Shown here: positions 39,124 to 53,261 of the stretch, piece after piece | How the letters are laid out: each line of letters opens with the position of its first letter | Position numbering within the stretch: position 1 is the stretch's first letter | NCBI RefSeq assembly: GCF_006345805.1 | Contig: NC_043008.1 | Location: 60,264,001-60,328,000 of the forward strand | DNA length: 64,000 bases | From: Octopus sinensis | Lineage: Eukaryota | Direction of reading: 5' to 3' | Translations under genes and position numbers: made by a program | Notes under the pieces: generated by a model | Told to the model about the DNA's origin: nothing | The model's database searches: none | The model's input: only the letters and a program-made list of their open reading frames with translations

Positions 39124-41376
39124 CCTTAAATCCTTAAATCCTTAAAAATGTTTTAGCCCGAAGGCCGCGGCCATGCTGGGGCACCACCGCTGAATGAGCC
39201 ACACTAGTTTGTGAATCCACCTCTGATACGTGGCACTTGATCAACAAGGGAGTTCGATGCTGCTGCCCGCATCCGTGTCTCCTGTCGTGAGGTAGGTTCA
39301 TCTGGGACTCCCAACAAGAAGGGATCCAATTTAGTTTTAAAGAAACCCACATCCACACCATGTAAGTCTCTCAGGCATTTAGGGAGGATGTTGAAAAGCT
39401 GTGGTCCTCTGAAACCCAAGCTGTTGCAGTATCTGGACCTGTATTTTGATGGTGATGTTGGAATCCTTGGCGCCACGCAGCGGCGCCCCGTTCTGCGGTT
39501 GGAGTAACTTTGAATGCCAAAGTTTGGGATAAGACCCTCCAGGATTTTCCAGATGTATATTACTGCATATCTCTCCCGCCTCCGCTCCAGGGAGAAGAGG
39601 TTTAATACCTTCAGTCTTTCCAGTAGCTGACATTTTGCATTGAGACGATTCTTTGTGTAGCTTCTCTGAGTTGCTTCGAGTTCTGCTGTTTGTTTTATAT
39701 TGTGTGGTGACCAAAGTTGGGAGCAGTAGTCCAAGCGGCTGAGGACAAATGTTTTCCATAGGACCATCAGTGTCTCCTTCTCTCTTGTTCTGAAAGTTCG
39801 GAGAATCCATCCAGCTAGCCGTCTGCATTTTATCACCAGATTAGCAATATGCATTTGGAAAGATGCATCATTGCTCATGTCAATGCCCAGGTCACGCACT
39901 GATTTTGACTCAGGGATTGCAATTCTTCCTGGGCCAGTGTATCCAGTCTTCACGTCATTTACCTTTGTGTGCCAGTGCGCGCAGGGCCTGGAACTTACCT
40001 GCATTAAACTGCATGTTTGTCCTCAGCCCACCTGTATATTGTGTCCAGCTCATGTTGCAGATGCGCAATTTTTCAGGGTTTTGTATGCGTGGGAGACCTT
40101 TGTGTCATCTGCATAGCTAGCAAGGGTGGTCATCGTAGCAACTGAAGGCATGTCTGAAAGGGCCACTATGAACATCAGTGGCCCCAAGACAGTGCCCTGT
40201 GGGACACCGCTTGTTATTTGCGTTTCCCGGAGGTGGCTCCATTGCTCACAACTGCCTGTTTTCTGTCTTTTAGGAAGTTGTGCAGCACTCTCCAAGTTTC
40301 CCGCCTATGCCGAGACCACGCAGTTTGTGACAGATCATACCATGGTCGACTTTATCAAAGGCTTTTGCAAAGTCAAGATATATTACATCCACATTGAGCC
40401 ATTTAGTAGCTGTTTCAACACCCAGTCATAGTGTTGCAGGAGCTGTGTTAGGCAGCTCTACCTGGTCGAAATCCATGCTGGGTGTCAGACAGTAAGTCAT
40501 TTTCTTCAAGGAACATGATTAGTTTCTTACGGACTATTCGTTCCATGACTTTGCTGATGTGTGAGGTCAGAGAGATAGGCCTATAATTTTTAGCATCTGC
40601 TCTGCTACCTCCCTTATGGATAGGGCATATTACCCCCTCTTTCAGTTTGACTGGGAGCTTACCACTTGCAAGAAAGCTCTGAAAAAGAAGCTGTAGCGGT
40701 TTTGCAAGGGCTCGTTTGCACGATTTGAGAAGGATCGCTGGGATCCATCAGGTCCAGCAGCTGAGTTTGTGTCAATCTCATCAATGGCTAGTGTGATATC
40801 ATCTTCTTCGATGTTGATGTCCTCAATTTTTGTCTCTTTGGCCGCTGGTAAAGTGGCAAAGAATTCTTCTGGGTTGTTTACTTGCCTGTGTCCTAGAGGT
40901 GTAGTGAACACACTTTGGAACTGTTCGTTCAGTATTTCACTTATCCTCGTGGGATTTCCTGTGAGAGAGCCATCTTTTTGGAAGAGAGGTCCTATTCTCT
41001 GGTGCACTGTGGCTGTCTCTTTGGCAAACTTAAAGAAAGCTTTAGGGTTTGATTTTATATTTTCTATTACCAAGCTTCTTTATCTGCTCTCTCCTTTTCA
41101 TGGGACTGATGTAGACTTTTCTCAGTTTCCATTAGCATTCTTTCGAGCCGAGACTTCTCACCACTTTTGGTGTGCTTGCTCAGGCGGTTTGCAATCCTTG
41201 TCCGTCGTCTCATAAGAATCCTCCTTTCTCTAGGGATCCTGTTTTTATTCTTGTGTGTGCTGGCCCTGCACATTGGGACATATTTGTCACATATGGCTTG
41301 TATTATGGACATGAAGTGTTTGTGTTTCATGTTTATGTCCGGTGTGGAGAGACATTCAGGCCAATCCTGTTTGAGG
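39122..41376 (-). mobile_element. 5'-truncated CR1-clade LINE: ORF2 reverse transcriptase and C-terminus, 3' UTR, (TTTAAGGA)n tail
   Basis: Frame-joined protein has AAGPDG, YRPISLTS, QHGFRPG, YLDFAKAFDKV, SGVPQGTVLGP, YADDTK, RDLG, LDYCSQLWSP, SLERRR, VPDEP. The octamer tandem 3' tail is typical of CR1. The APE domain is absent. Confidence 0.93.
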
Positions 41377-41382
41377 ATATAT

Positions 41383-41430
<48 letters not shown>

Positions 41431-41541
41431 TCATTATACGTACACACACGCCCACATATATACATACATATATATATTTATATATATATATATTTGTATG
41501 CATCTATACATATATATATATTGTATGCATCTATCTATGTA

Positions 41542-41575
<34 letters not shown>

Positions 41576-42305
41576 GTTGTGTGTGTGTGCACGTATGTTT
41601 GAAGTGCATTGTTATAATAGAGAAACATATTCCATGCAAAGAAACTAAAAGTGGTAAAATAAAGTATAAATTCAGCAAAACAACAAAATAAAAACAATAT
41701 TGCATCTTTTAATTACTAAAATGTTGGAAATAACAGCTAGGACTGAGGTTTACGTAGAAATTTACTGGTGTGAGAACGCTTGCAAGATCTATCCAATGGC
41801 CACTACTCAGTAAATTATATTTTTCATGAAATCGTAACGAGAAATTTATATATAAGATTTATAATATATAATAAGTTTATACTTAGATACATACATACAT
41901 ACGTATGTTCTTCCATCCATCCATGCCTACATACAGATGTACGTAAAACTACGTATCTGTTTACAAATACTTACACATACAGACAGCCACACCACACGTA
42001 TAAGTAACAGCAGATGAAATTTGGTTAATCCACTACAGCTGTTTCAACTGAGATTTTTTTATTGTTAAATAGCATTATCACATGCGAAAAGAAAAGGCCC
42101 TTTTTCATCAAGTGATGAAAAAAATCAAATGGCATATAATGCTGATTCTTTGAATGTTTTTTGAAAGTGTTTAATTTGTGAATGCTCACCCGCTGAAAAC
42201 GGTTTCTTTCACATGATGTAAAAACACTATTCATAAAAAATACTCGTTTGAAACAGTTGTAGGGAATGACAAAATTTGTTTTTCTTCTACTCCTTCTTCT
42301 TCTAA

Positions 42306-42339
<34 letters not shown>

Positions 42340-42381
42340 CATTATTATTATTATTAATATTATTATTATTGTTATTATTAT

Positions 42382-42557
42382 TTGTGCTTTTGTACTAATA
42401 GTACTCTGGAGATGTACTACGGTGTCAGCTGTTCCATACCAGTGTTCAATGGCGCTTATTTTTCGAGCACCTTCCGGAGTATTCGAGCGATTCCAAACAG
42501 TGCTGCTTTCTCTAAGTGCTCCACCTTTATTTCAGATCCTATTTGTTGCATGTAGAA

Positions 42558-42558
<1 letters not shown>
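42382..42558 (-). mobile_element. 3' tip of an R4/Dong-type RLE LINE embedded in (TAA)n/(TAG)n repeats
   Basis: Minus strand YMQQIGSEIKVEHLEKAALFGIARILRKVLEK* (stop at 42456-42458) matches the QKAALLGTARILRKVL C-terminal motif; short UTR then (AAT)n tail. Confidence 0.75.
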
Positions 42559-42652
<94 letters not shown>

Positions 42653-42689
42653 ATAATAATAATAATTATTATTAGTATTATTATTAATG

Positions 42690-42893
42690 CAGCGAGTTGG
42701 CGGAATCTTTAGAATGCGGGGCAAAATTCTTTGCGGCAATTCACCCATCCTCACGTTCTGATTTAAAATTCCACCGTGGTAGTCTTTGCCTTGCATCTTT
42801 TCGGGGTCAATACTTACCAGTTGAACACTGGGGTCGATGTATTCGACTTACCCCCTCCCCTAAAATTGGTGGACTCGTTCCAAACTATGAAGC

Positions 42894-42895
<2 letters not shown>
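42690..42895 (+). mobile_element. Degenerate SINE-A (tail type 2) followed by (ATT)n
   Basis: gcagcgagttggcggaatc...ctttgccttgcatcttttcggggtcaat...cactggggtcgatgtattcgact. Confidence 0.8.
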
Positions 42896-42948
<53 letters not shown>

Positions 42949-43266
42949 GTTATTATTATTATTATTATTATCATTATTATTATTGTTATTATTATTATTA
43001 TTATTCTACCAGAGCAAATATTACAATTAGTTCTACATCGGTGCTGTTATAGAACACTGAATGTTTACATCGAGGTTGAGATTTTAAACATCATGTCACG
43101 CATCACTGGAAAGGGGTTATTCCTGTATACCTTCGTTACCGTTGCGTATAAATATCTCATTTTTCCTCACAACGCAAAAATAACGATGGCGGTGAATGTA
43201 TCGAAAAGTGTATTTACATGCAAGGCATGTGTATCACTATGTATGTGCGAGTCTGCCTCTGTGTTA

Positions 43267-43425
<159 letters not shown>

Positions 43426-44264
43426 CAATATATATACATATATATATATATACATATATATCTATATGTATATATTTCTATTCATGCATATATATGCACA
43501 CACACATATATATATAAATATACAAGCACTACATATATATACATGTACATATTAACATACTTATATGTTTGTATATATATATTATATATATATAAACATA
43601 TATATATATATGCATACATACGAATATATATATGTATACATATACATATATGTATACATATTTTGTGTATAACCAGGGGGGCGGAAGTGTCTATATGTGG
43701 GAGAAATTCGCAAGGAAAAATATAGAAACGTGGAAACAAAGAAATGGAACAGAGGAAGAAAGACAGAGACCGAAAAATATACTGAGAGACAGAGAAATCA
43801 CAGTTGTAGAAGTATGTGTGAAGAATAATTCTGAGCATTTCCTCTCCCTATTAAATATGTGCAATAATTTAATCAAATATATATGTGAGTATAAAAGAAT
43901 GAAATTAACATAAAGCAGATGTTAGAACAGCTAGACATTTGTGCTTGCAGCTCTATTTCTGAATTCTTACTACAGCAGAGTTTTCTTGCAGAAGTTATGC
44001 ACTTATAAGCGTCCTCTCCTGACCGCATTGCCCTACTTATAATGTCAGCTCTGTTTCTAGGCCTTCTTAGCTGCCCACACCTTAAGCATCTATATATGGT
44101 TCTCTCTGCGTCTTGCGAATGATGCACTTACAGTGTTTCTCTAGTACGTGGCAAGGCCTGCATAATATATCAACCAGATCTTTTACAAATCATTCCCAGT
44201 GTCTTAACCAAATGAGAACTGCATCTATAGAAGTTTAGTTCAATATTCGAAAATGTGAGAAACT

Positions 44265-44440
44265 ACAATTGGTTCTCCGTCGGTTACAACAATGAGTGTT
44301 CCAGTTTATTGGATCAAACGAACGGTCCTCTTAGGCAATTAACGTGCAATTGGCTGTGTACTCTACGTTCACACGTACCTTTAACATTGTCTTAAAAGGG
44401 GCTCAGAATGACTTAGAATCTGATAAGACTAGTCCCTTTA
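44265..44440 (-). mobile_element. 3' part of SINE family C (degenerate)
   Basis: cggttacaacaatgagtgttccagttt...ttaacgtgcaattggctg...cacgtacctttaac is collinear with 56470-56640. Confidence 0.6.
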
Positions 44441-46126
44441 ACATACATAAAACAAAACCTACAAATCCGCACATGCATTGACTCCAAATACTGCAACATC
44501 CACTATACCAACCATATTATCACCGTCTATAAATGTTTCCCTTTTATCCGGTCTCTTTTTTTCTCTATTTATATCCCCATATACATTGTTTTCCATTACG
44601 ATGAGGGTGGCCGCATCTTAGGGTCTTCTTCGCACTTCACATCATTCTCTTTCATAGTTCATCTATATTCCACCTTTCAGCGGTAATTGCTCTCAGTCTC
44701 TGTTGTATCTCTTCACGTGTCAGATTTATGAGCAAGTCCATGGAGTGTCCATGGGCACAAGAGTGTGTTCCAGATATGCTAACTTTTTCGTTGTCTGTTG
44801 GATTTCGAATCTTTCCTGAATTCACACAGATACAGATACTAACGCAGACACACACGCACGCGCACACATATACATAAAGTGCGTGTTGGATTGTTTGAAA
44901 ACTTCTCAGCATCCAGTGGCATCATACTGAGTTGGTGCAGTGCTTATTTTGCCTGTCTCAAATAAAACCATTGATCAGTATATAGGATGAAGTTTTTGTT
45001 TTCCCTAAAAAATCACTTTTTTCAGAACTAATGTTAACCGCATTTATTACTGTATGTAAATACACATGTGTGTATGCATGTTATTATTTATTATAATTTC
45101 AATAATTCTTACCATTAAAGAAAAAAATCCAGGTTTTAACCTAAATCCGAGGCTCCTGCATGGGAATTTCAACAATACAAATAGGTTATTTTATGTGTAT
45201 TATGTGCAGTATTTGAGGTCAGAGCATATGAAAATGTGTACGTTTTGTTTTAAGTATTTACTCTAATCCATATAATCACATGTCTAGACATGCGCATATG
45301 TGCTTAAATAATAAACCTGGAAAGTTTCACAAACATTTAGATTTTCAGTGATGGCTTACGTATGTATATAAACATGTGTATGTATATATATATTATATGT
45401 AAGCGAAGCGTGTAAATGTATCTATAGTCTTTGATCTACAACCACAGGCAGAAAATACAGTATATTTCATAAAACCTAAGTGAAAGAGTTAAAAGGTACA
45501 CTGAGTAATGGCTAATATAGCTTTGAGAAGCAGAATATGATACACAATATACGAGAGACTCGTCTGCATTTATCAATTAAATAAGTGGGCCACAAATGAT
45601 TGATATCGCGAAGAAAGATTATTTTAATGCCGTCTTGCAATATTTCATTAGTTTTGAAATAAAAGTAGTACGACTCAAATTTCTTTTACTTTTAATACCC
45701 ATTAACAAGAATTTTGCGACTGCGTGCCAAAACAAAACACGTGTAACGCATTCCACCATTTCTTTGCCGAAGAAAAAACCTTAGATACACCGCGGGTGTT
45801 TATATCTACGATTAGATACTAAAATTTCGAAACTTTATCTAGATACATACGTACGTACATACACACATACATGCACACATACATACACACACATACATAT
45901 ATACATACATACGTACATATATATGCATATATACAGTTCTTTTGAATACTCATGGATACATAATATATATGCATAAATATATGTATATGTATATATATGC
46001 ATATATATATGTATACATACTCACATATATATATATATATATATATAATTAATATATTTTCGTAGTTGAAACCTTTTGGATTAACTGGTGCTAGAGTGAG
46101 CAATATAGTGACCACTCTCTTATATT

Positions 46127-46179
<53 letters not shown>

Positions 46180-46435
46180 CACGTATACTCACATGAACAT
46201 AATTTATTTCAATTTACGTCGCTTTCATGCAATCAATTTTAATTATTTCGTTTATATTTTACGATTTATTTTATTTTTATTCTGTAGTTTTATGTTTATT
46301 CTTTATTTTTGCTCATTTATCCTTTAATTCGTATACCCTAATAAGTATCTCAGAAAGGAACATATACGCCTATTGGTGTATAAAATATTGACTTCCATAC
46401 ATGTTGCCCGTATACACATACATATATAAATATGC

Positions 46436-46468
<33 letters not shown>

Positions 46469-47017
46469 CATAGGCACACATATATGCACACACGTATACA
46501 ATCGCGAGCATAAATTTTATGTCACTTTTATTTTATTCATTATGCATTTTTAATCTTATATACTGTAACTCATCACTCATGAATATTATTAATATTATTA
46601 TTATTATTGTAATACAAATTAAAGTAATAATTCTAACACATACGTGCACACACACATATACATGCACACATAATGAACATGCTTATATATACTTAGTAAT
46701 TCTTCTATTGTCCTTATTCACGTCCAGATGATTTTCCAACGAAGGTGTTTTGAAGTGGAATATCATATATTTATATATGTTTTGTAGTTTAAATTGGATT
46801 CGAAATAATACAATTGTAGGTATTAATAAATTATTTTTTATCCTTTAAATGTCTCCGTTTTGAAGCTTAATAATAATAATGATAATAATGATTATATATA
46901 TATATATCATATTATCATAATTACACGCTTGAGCCCTAAGGCCACGAGCTTGCTAGAATACCATATATGTTATATTATATAATATTTTATATAAATATAA
47001 GATTTATTTTATATATA

Positions 47018-47050
<33 letters not shown>

Positions 47051-49064
47051 GCACATATATAGATACTTATATGGGCATGCACACATACATAAATGCATAC
47101 TTACATGCATACACACATACATATATGCATGCATGCATGCATACATAAGTACATACACACATACATGCATACATATATGTATGCATGCATACATACATAC
47201 ATACATAACTACAAAATGTAAAGTCTGAATGCAGTGACGTCCAAAAATCTCTATCAATATTCCACGAATTAAGTATTGATTTCTAGCCAATTTTTGTAAG
47301 ATTACACCTGGAATCGTTCCATTAATTTCTCCGAGAATTTAAGCTTTAATGTAATTGCTAGACAGACATTACAGTCGTTATACCTACTGTATGTGAGTTT
47401 GTCATTTAAGAGTTATGTTTTCCTTAATACCTTTTATAAAAGGAAATTATAATAAATATGTAACAACACCGGTGTAAATTCTTGATTTCATCAGAGAGTT
47501 TCGATTTGTGTTGCATATGTGATCCAAATAATTAATAAATGCATCACAGGTATTCTACTCAAGTTTCACCCTTGGTTTCTTCACTCTAAACAACTGACTA
47601 TGGTATAAGGGTGTTGTTTTATGTTATGAAGGTGCTGTGCCTCGATTTTTATTTTAGATTTACCTGGTGCGCTGATCTTATCCCTAACTAAAACTAAACA
47701 CCCAGTTTATTCCAGAGTGAATGTGGGTATGTACGAGGGAATGAGAAGGAGAGAGAGTGAGAATTGCTGAGGGAGTAGAAAGGAATTAATGATAAAATGA
47801 ATCTATTCTAGCAAAGTATATCTACCACATAGACATAAACTGTAAAATCTTCGTCGTTTAGTTATGAACTCCGTGAGATTAGAGCTGGAACGTTAACTGT
47901 TTTTTTTACTCAGCTATCTCTCCAACCATCTTACCAAACCAACTATGGCTGGAAGAGTTACTAAATTGTGTTATTTTGAATCTATTTTTGTTATTGGTAG
48001 ATCTATGATTAAATATATAATCAACTTCACTTCAGATACAGGTAGACATAACGATGTGGTTAATGTGCTTGGAATGTTGGATTCAGAACTCTTGAATTAG
48101 ATAATATATGTAAAGCAAGGATGCTTTTACGATCACTTCTTGGGATCGACTTAAGATGAGTGGAAAGTGCTTTGAGGACAATGAAACAAATGTCCAATCG
48201 AAACTGTTTTACGGCCAGAGCATACTGGATAGTTGTCCGTTGGCGGCACGAACTTAAGGTCCCAATTCTTATCAATCTATACAGTGACTTCCTACCAATA
48301 ATGATATACTATACGAGCCAGAGCCCTCATTGCCACTAAGACGGTCCTGGATTTAATTTTATCACGTACAGTGTGTATCCGACGCTGCATGGAAATTAGG
48401 TGAACTCTAAATGTATTTCAAACATACTGAGCAACTTATCTGTATATTTAACAGATAGTCAGTTCGATTGATTACACAATTTAAGACTCATCGTAAAACG
48501 AAGGAAACTTTCATATGTTTCTCATAAAGTATATGTTTCTCATAAATAACATTTTATTATGGAAAGTAAGATCTGGTTTGATATGAGCTGCCTGCTATAC
48601 CAAACAGACCGAATAACCACATAAACCTGCAAGTAACGTGTTTATGTATTTTACATCACGTACTTAAAGTTTTGAGTGAAAATTACAATGTCATCAGCAT
48701 TGCGAAGAAAAATTTGGAACAACGGATTGTTGGTGTCGTAGCTGTTATTTCGTCGAATGTCGGCCAGGAAAACGTAGATATATGAAAAAAGTTCTTCAGT
48801 CGTCACGATTCTATTCCTTTTCTTGAAGACGGCAGGATGTAGATTAATAAAGACATGGCTGGCAAAAATGCTCCAAGCTTTAGAAAACATATGTATTCCA
48901 GTAGCTTTACTTCAATATACTTGATATGTCCATGAGTGAAAGACCGTATGAAAAGCCGAAAAGCTTTCTATAACATGAACCAGTGGGGTTTCTGGCTCTT
49001 TCAAGGACGCTTAAGAATATCTTTGTTAGGTTTCTATACCAATTTTGATAACCAGAGGCATATT

Positions 49065-49480
<416 letters not shown>

Positions 49481-50035
49481 TATCTGTCTATCTGTCTGCC
49501 TGCCTGTTGTCTGTCTGTCTGTAAGTATGTATGCATCTTTATCAATCAACAATCCATCACTATAACTACCTATCCATCTCTGAATGTTTCTGTCTGTCTC
49601 TATCTCTCTAGCTCTGTACCCACCATTCTGTCTGCCTGTCTGCCTATAAAACTCATTCTTTCTTTCACAACAAAAACGCGCGCAAGCACTCACACACACA
49701 CACACACGTACACACACAAACACACATGCATGCACACACCAACACATACACATCTTCACAAACGCACCTCATATGTCTGCTGATATTTTTTGTATTATCA
49801 GTAACAGACAAGCCGTAGGCTACATCCTAATGAACTCAATCTGTCTCATAATATTGTTCACGAACATTCTAGAACTCAGTCAGTCATTTCTAGTGTAAGA
49901 GAAACAGCGTCACTTTATTAGAGTCTTTTGTTATTTATTTCCTTTAGAAACTTCATAACAATACTAATAACAAACGTATGCGCGTGCGCTCGTTTATATA
50001 TATACATATATGTATATATATATTATATATATATA

Positions 50036-50067
<32 letters not shown>

Positions 50068-50103
50068 CTATATTATATATATATATATATATATTATACA
50101 TAC

Positions 50104-50141
<38 letters not shown>

Positions 50142-50172
50142 TATGCATACATACATATATATATTATATATA

Positions 50173-50210
<38 letters not shown>

Positions 50211-50236
50211 TATATATATGCATAATATATATATAT

Positions 50237-50268
<32 letters not shown>

Positions 50269-50537
50269 GGTGTGGGTGGCTGTGTAAAGAAATGTAAACT
50301 TATATAATATTTATATGTAAATGTGAGTATTCAAGCATGTAATACAGTGTATTTGTACGCACACACACACATATGTATAAATATATTGTGTGTTTTGATA
50401 CATATATATATATATACATATTCGTAAATGTATATAAGTATATGCATACATATATAATATATATAGATGTACATACATGTATGTATACTCCAGCAGTTGT
50501 GTCTAAATTTATTCATATGTTTGTGCATACACAATTA

Positions 50538-50581
<44 letters not shown>

Positions 50582-50595
50582 TTTGTTATATATAT

Positions 50596-50626
<31 letters not shown>

Positions 50627-50633
50627 TATATAT

Positions 50634-50676
<43 letters not shown>

Positions 50677-50681
50677 GTGTG

Positions 50682-50765
<84 letters not shown>

Positions 50766-50913
50766 GTTATATGTATACTTGCTTGCATGCATTACTAGTC
50801 TGTGTGTATATATGAACTAATGCATGCCAGCATTCATATATGTGTATTATGTGTATGATTGCACTACATCACATTCACTTGACAAAACCAGAGAGGAAAA
50901 CGTTAGTCTAGAA

Positions 50914-50961
<48 letters not shown>

Positions 50962-51690
50962 ACAGAATTCGACAGAAAAGAGTTGCTAGGTTATAAACGC
51001 TATGATGATAAAACGGTGTAAGCTAAATAACTCCTTCATGCAGCATAAAGTAGTCAGGCATACAACGAACTTGTGACATGATTCTAAATGTCGAAATTCA
51101 AAGTCCTGTAATAATATGTACGTGAGACTCACGAAATTCTTTTCGAAGTTCTGTGTGTTCTTATGAAAGCTCGACATACAATAATATTATGATAGACTCT
51201 TTTGAGTATACAGGTAGATAGAATTTGAAAGTCAGAATTTTGAAGCTGGTGTTAGGTGGTTATAGATTTTCAATTTTAGTGCGTGATCTGTGGAATGACG
51301 ATGTCCAGGCAAGTATAGCTTATATTATCATCCTGTGCATTGAAAAGTTGCATTACGTACTATTTCGCTAGAGTTCGACAAATTTTGGCTATAATCGTGA
51401 CAAGGTCCAATGTGAATGATGGGTGAAACCAGATTATCTTTCGCTTACACGGTCTTCCATAACGCAGAGAAAGTGGAAAGTTATCCATGTAAATTTGATT
51501 CTCAGGGAAATTAATTCCTGATAGTGAATTGTTTAATTAGACACAAGAGATGAAACGTTCACCTGACACTGGCTATAATGAGGTACTTTATAGCACCTCA
51601 TTATAGCACTTGGTGATTAAGATTTTGTGGATGTATGTAGCGTTCACCTATGTTTTTCTATAACAGTGTTTGCGTATGCTTAAATCTGTG

Positions 51691-51960
51691 GAAGCGCTTG
51701 GCTTAGTGGTTAGGGTATTAAACTTGTGATCATAAGTTTGTGGTTTCGATTCCTGGATCGGGCGACGCATTGTGTTCTTGAGCAAAACATTTCATTTCTC
51801 GATGCTCCAGGCCATTCAGGTGGCAAAAATGAGTAATCCAGCAACGTATAGGCATCCCGTTCAGGTTGAGAATTTATATACCATAGTAACTGGGAAGCCG
51901 ACCCTTATGAGTCAGCATGACTCGGAAGGTAACAATTTCTTTTATACTAAGATCGAACCA
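51691..51960 (+). mobile_element. tRNA-headed SINE family C
   Basis: A-box-like TGGCTTAGTGG, B-box-like GTTTCGATTCC, central gtgttcttgagcaaaacatttcatt...ggcaaaaatgagta shared with the 54.3, 54.7 and 56.5 kb copies. Confidence 0.8.
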
Positions 51961-53017
51961 TACAGCTGTGAGGGTGGCTAGCATTAAGTTAATACTATTT
52001 CATATTCTTTATAGGGAATTCCTTAAAACTTTCGATTACAGTTCATCTAAATCTGTCTATAATGTAGCTATTTGAAATATCTGAGAATGATAAGCTATCA
52101 TATTTGTAAAACCAAGAGCTAAATGATGGACATTCGCTTTCAGAGAATGTCTGGTGTTAGGAATAGCGCGAATTCTAACGCCTCAGATTCATGACAGTTC
52201 CCGAAGGAGACGGCGAACAGAGAATCTCTGATTTCTGACATGATAATAATTCTCACGAAATATCAGTCATTACCCTTGCGTTTATTTCAGTTTAGCTGTT
52301 TAGATATATTAATGTTGTGACATATCTCCAGAGGGTACAGAGGCTATTTCAGGTCTGAATGGAAAATACTCAGATAGACAAATTGGATGAGCTAGCAGAC
52401 ATGTTTCTTTTCTCTGGTCTGATACGAATGATAACTTTTAAAAATTTACAAAATAAAATAAAATAAAATAAAAATAAATTGATGGTAACGTAAAAGAAAA
52501 ATATACAATTCACCGATGGCTCCATTATCCTACAACGTCTTAATTATGTCTTGATATTGCAAAGTCCAGCGAAGTACTCACACCCCTTCTTCCTGCTACT
52601 TTTAAACTATTATTTAATTAACGTATTATCTAAATAGTAAACATGGTCCACGAAACTACAAAAATGCATCATAGGAACATTACTTTTTTTTTATTTCGTA
52701 TCATTCCGTATTATTCCGCCCTTTAATCACTCACTGTTATTCATCCCGTCATCTCATGGCAACATTCTCATGAAACACGTGTAGCCAAGTTTTAAAATAG
52801 TAGGTATTTAAAATAAAAATTCTTTTTATATGGTGGGATGAAGGGGCTCACTATCTCTAAATGAAAATATATATTTCTTCATTGAGAATAATTTGAACCC
52901 CTGTTATGCTGGAATTTTAATTCCCTAACAAATACAATTTAAATATATATATATATACATATATACATATATATACATACATACATACATACATACATAC
53001 ATACATACATACATACA

Positions 53018-53098
<81 letters not shown>

Positions 53099-53100
<2 letters not shown>

Positions 53101-53261
53101 GACGGGCTTCTTTCAGTTTCCGTCTACCAATCCACTCACAAGGCTTTGGTCGGCCCGAGGATATAGTAGAAGACACTTGCCAAGGTGCCACGCAGTGGGA
53201 CTGAACCCGGAACCATGTGGTTCGTAAGCAAGCTACGCACCACACAGCCACTCCTACGCCT
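53099..53261 (-). mobile_element. SINE-B 5' half (young-looking) next to (TACA)n/(TA)n
   Basis: Nearly identical to 9180-9337. Confidence 0.9.

Noticed and set aside
48640-48935. Minus-strand NADDIVIF (YADD-like) motif, and a plus-strand frame interrupted only by TGA/TAG
   Set aside because: No upstream QG/SP RT motifs and no recognisable protein on either strand; too weak to call.
51275-51310. 29-nt micro-exon candidate (RDLWNDDVQ) with a GC donor
   Set aside because: Too short to assess and needs a non-canonical donor; no corroboration.
51691-51770. SINE heads as functional tRNA genes (also 9260-9337, 34681-34770, 56720-56792)
   Set aside because: A/B boxes are present, but I could not fit a proper cloverleaf, and each continues into a shared SINE body.
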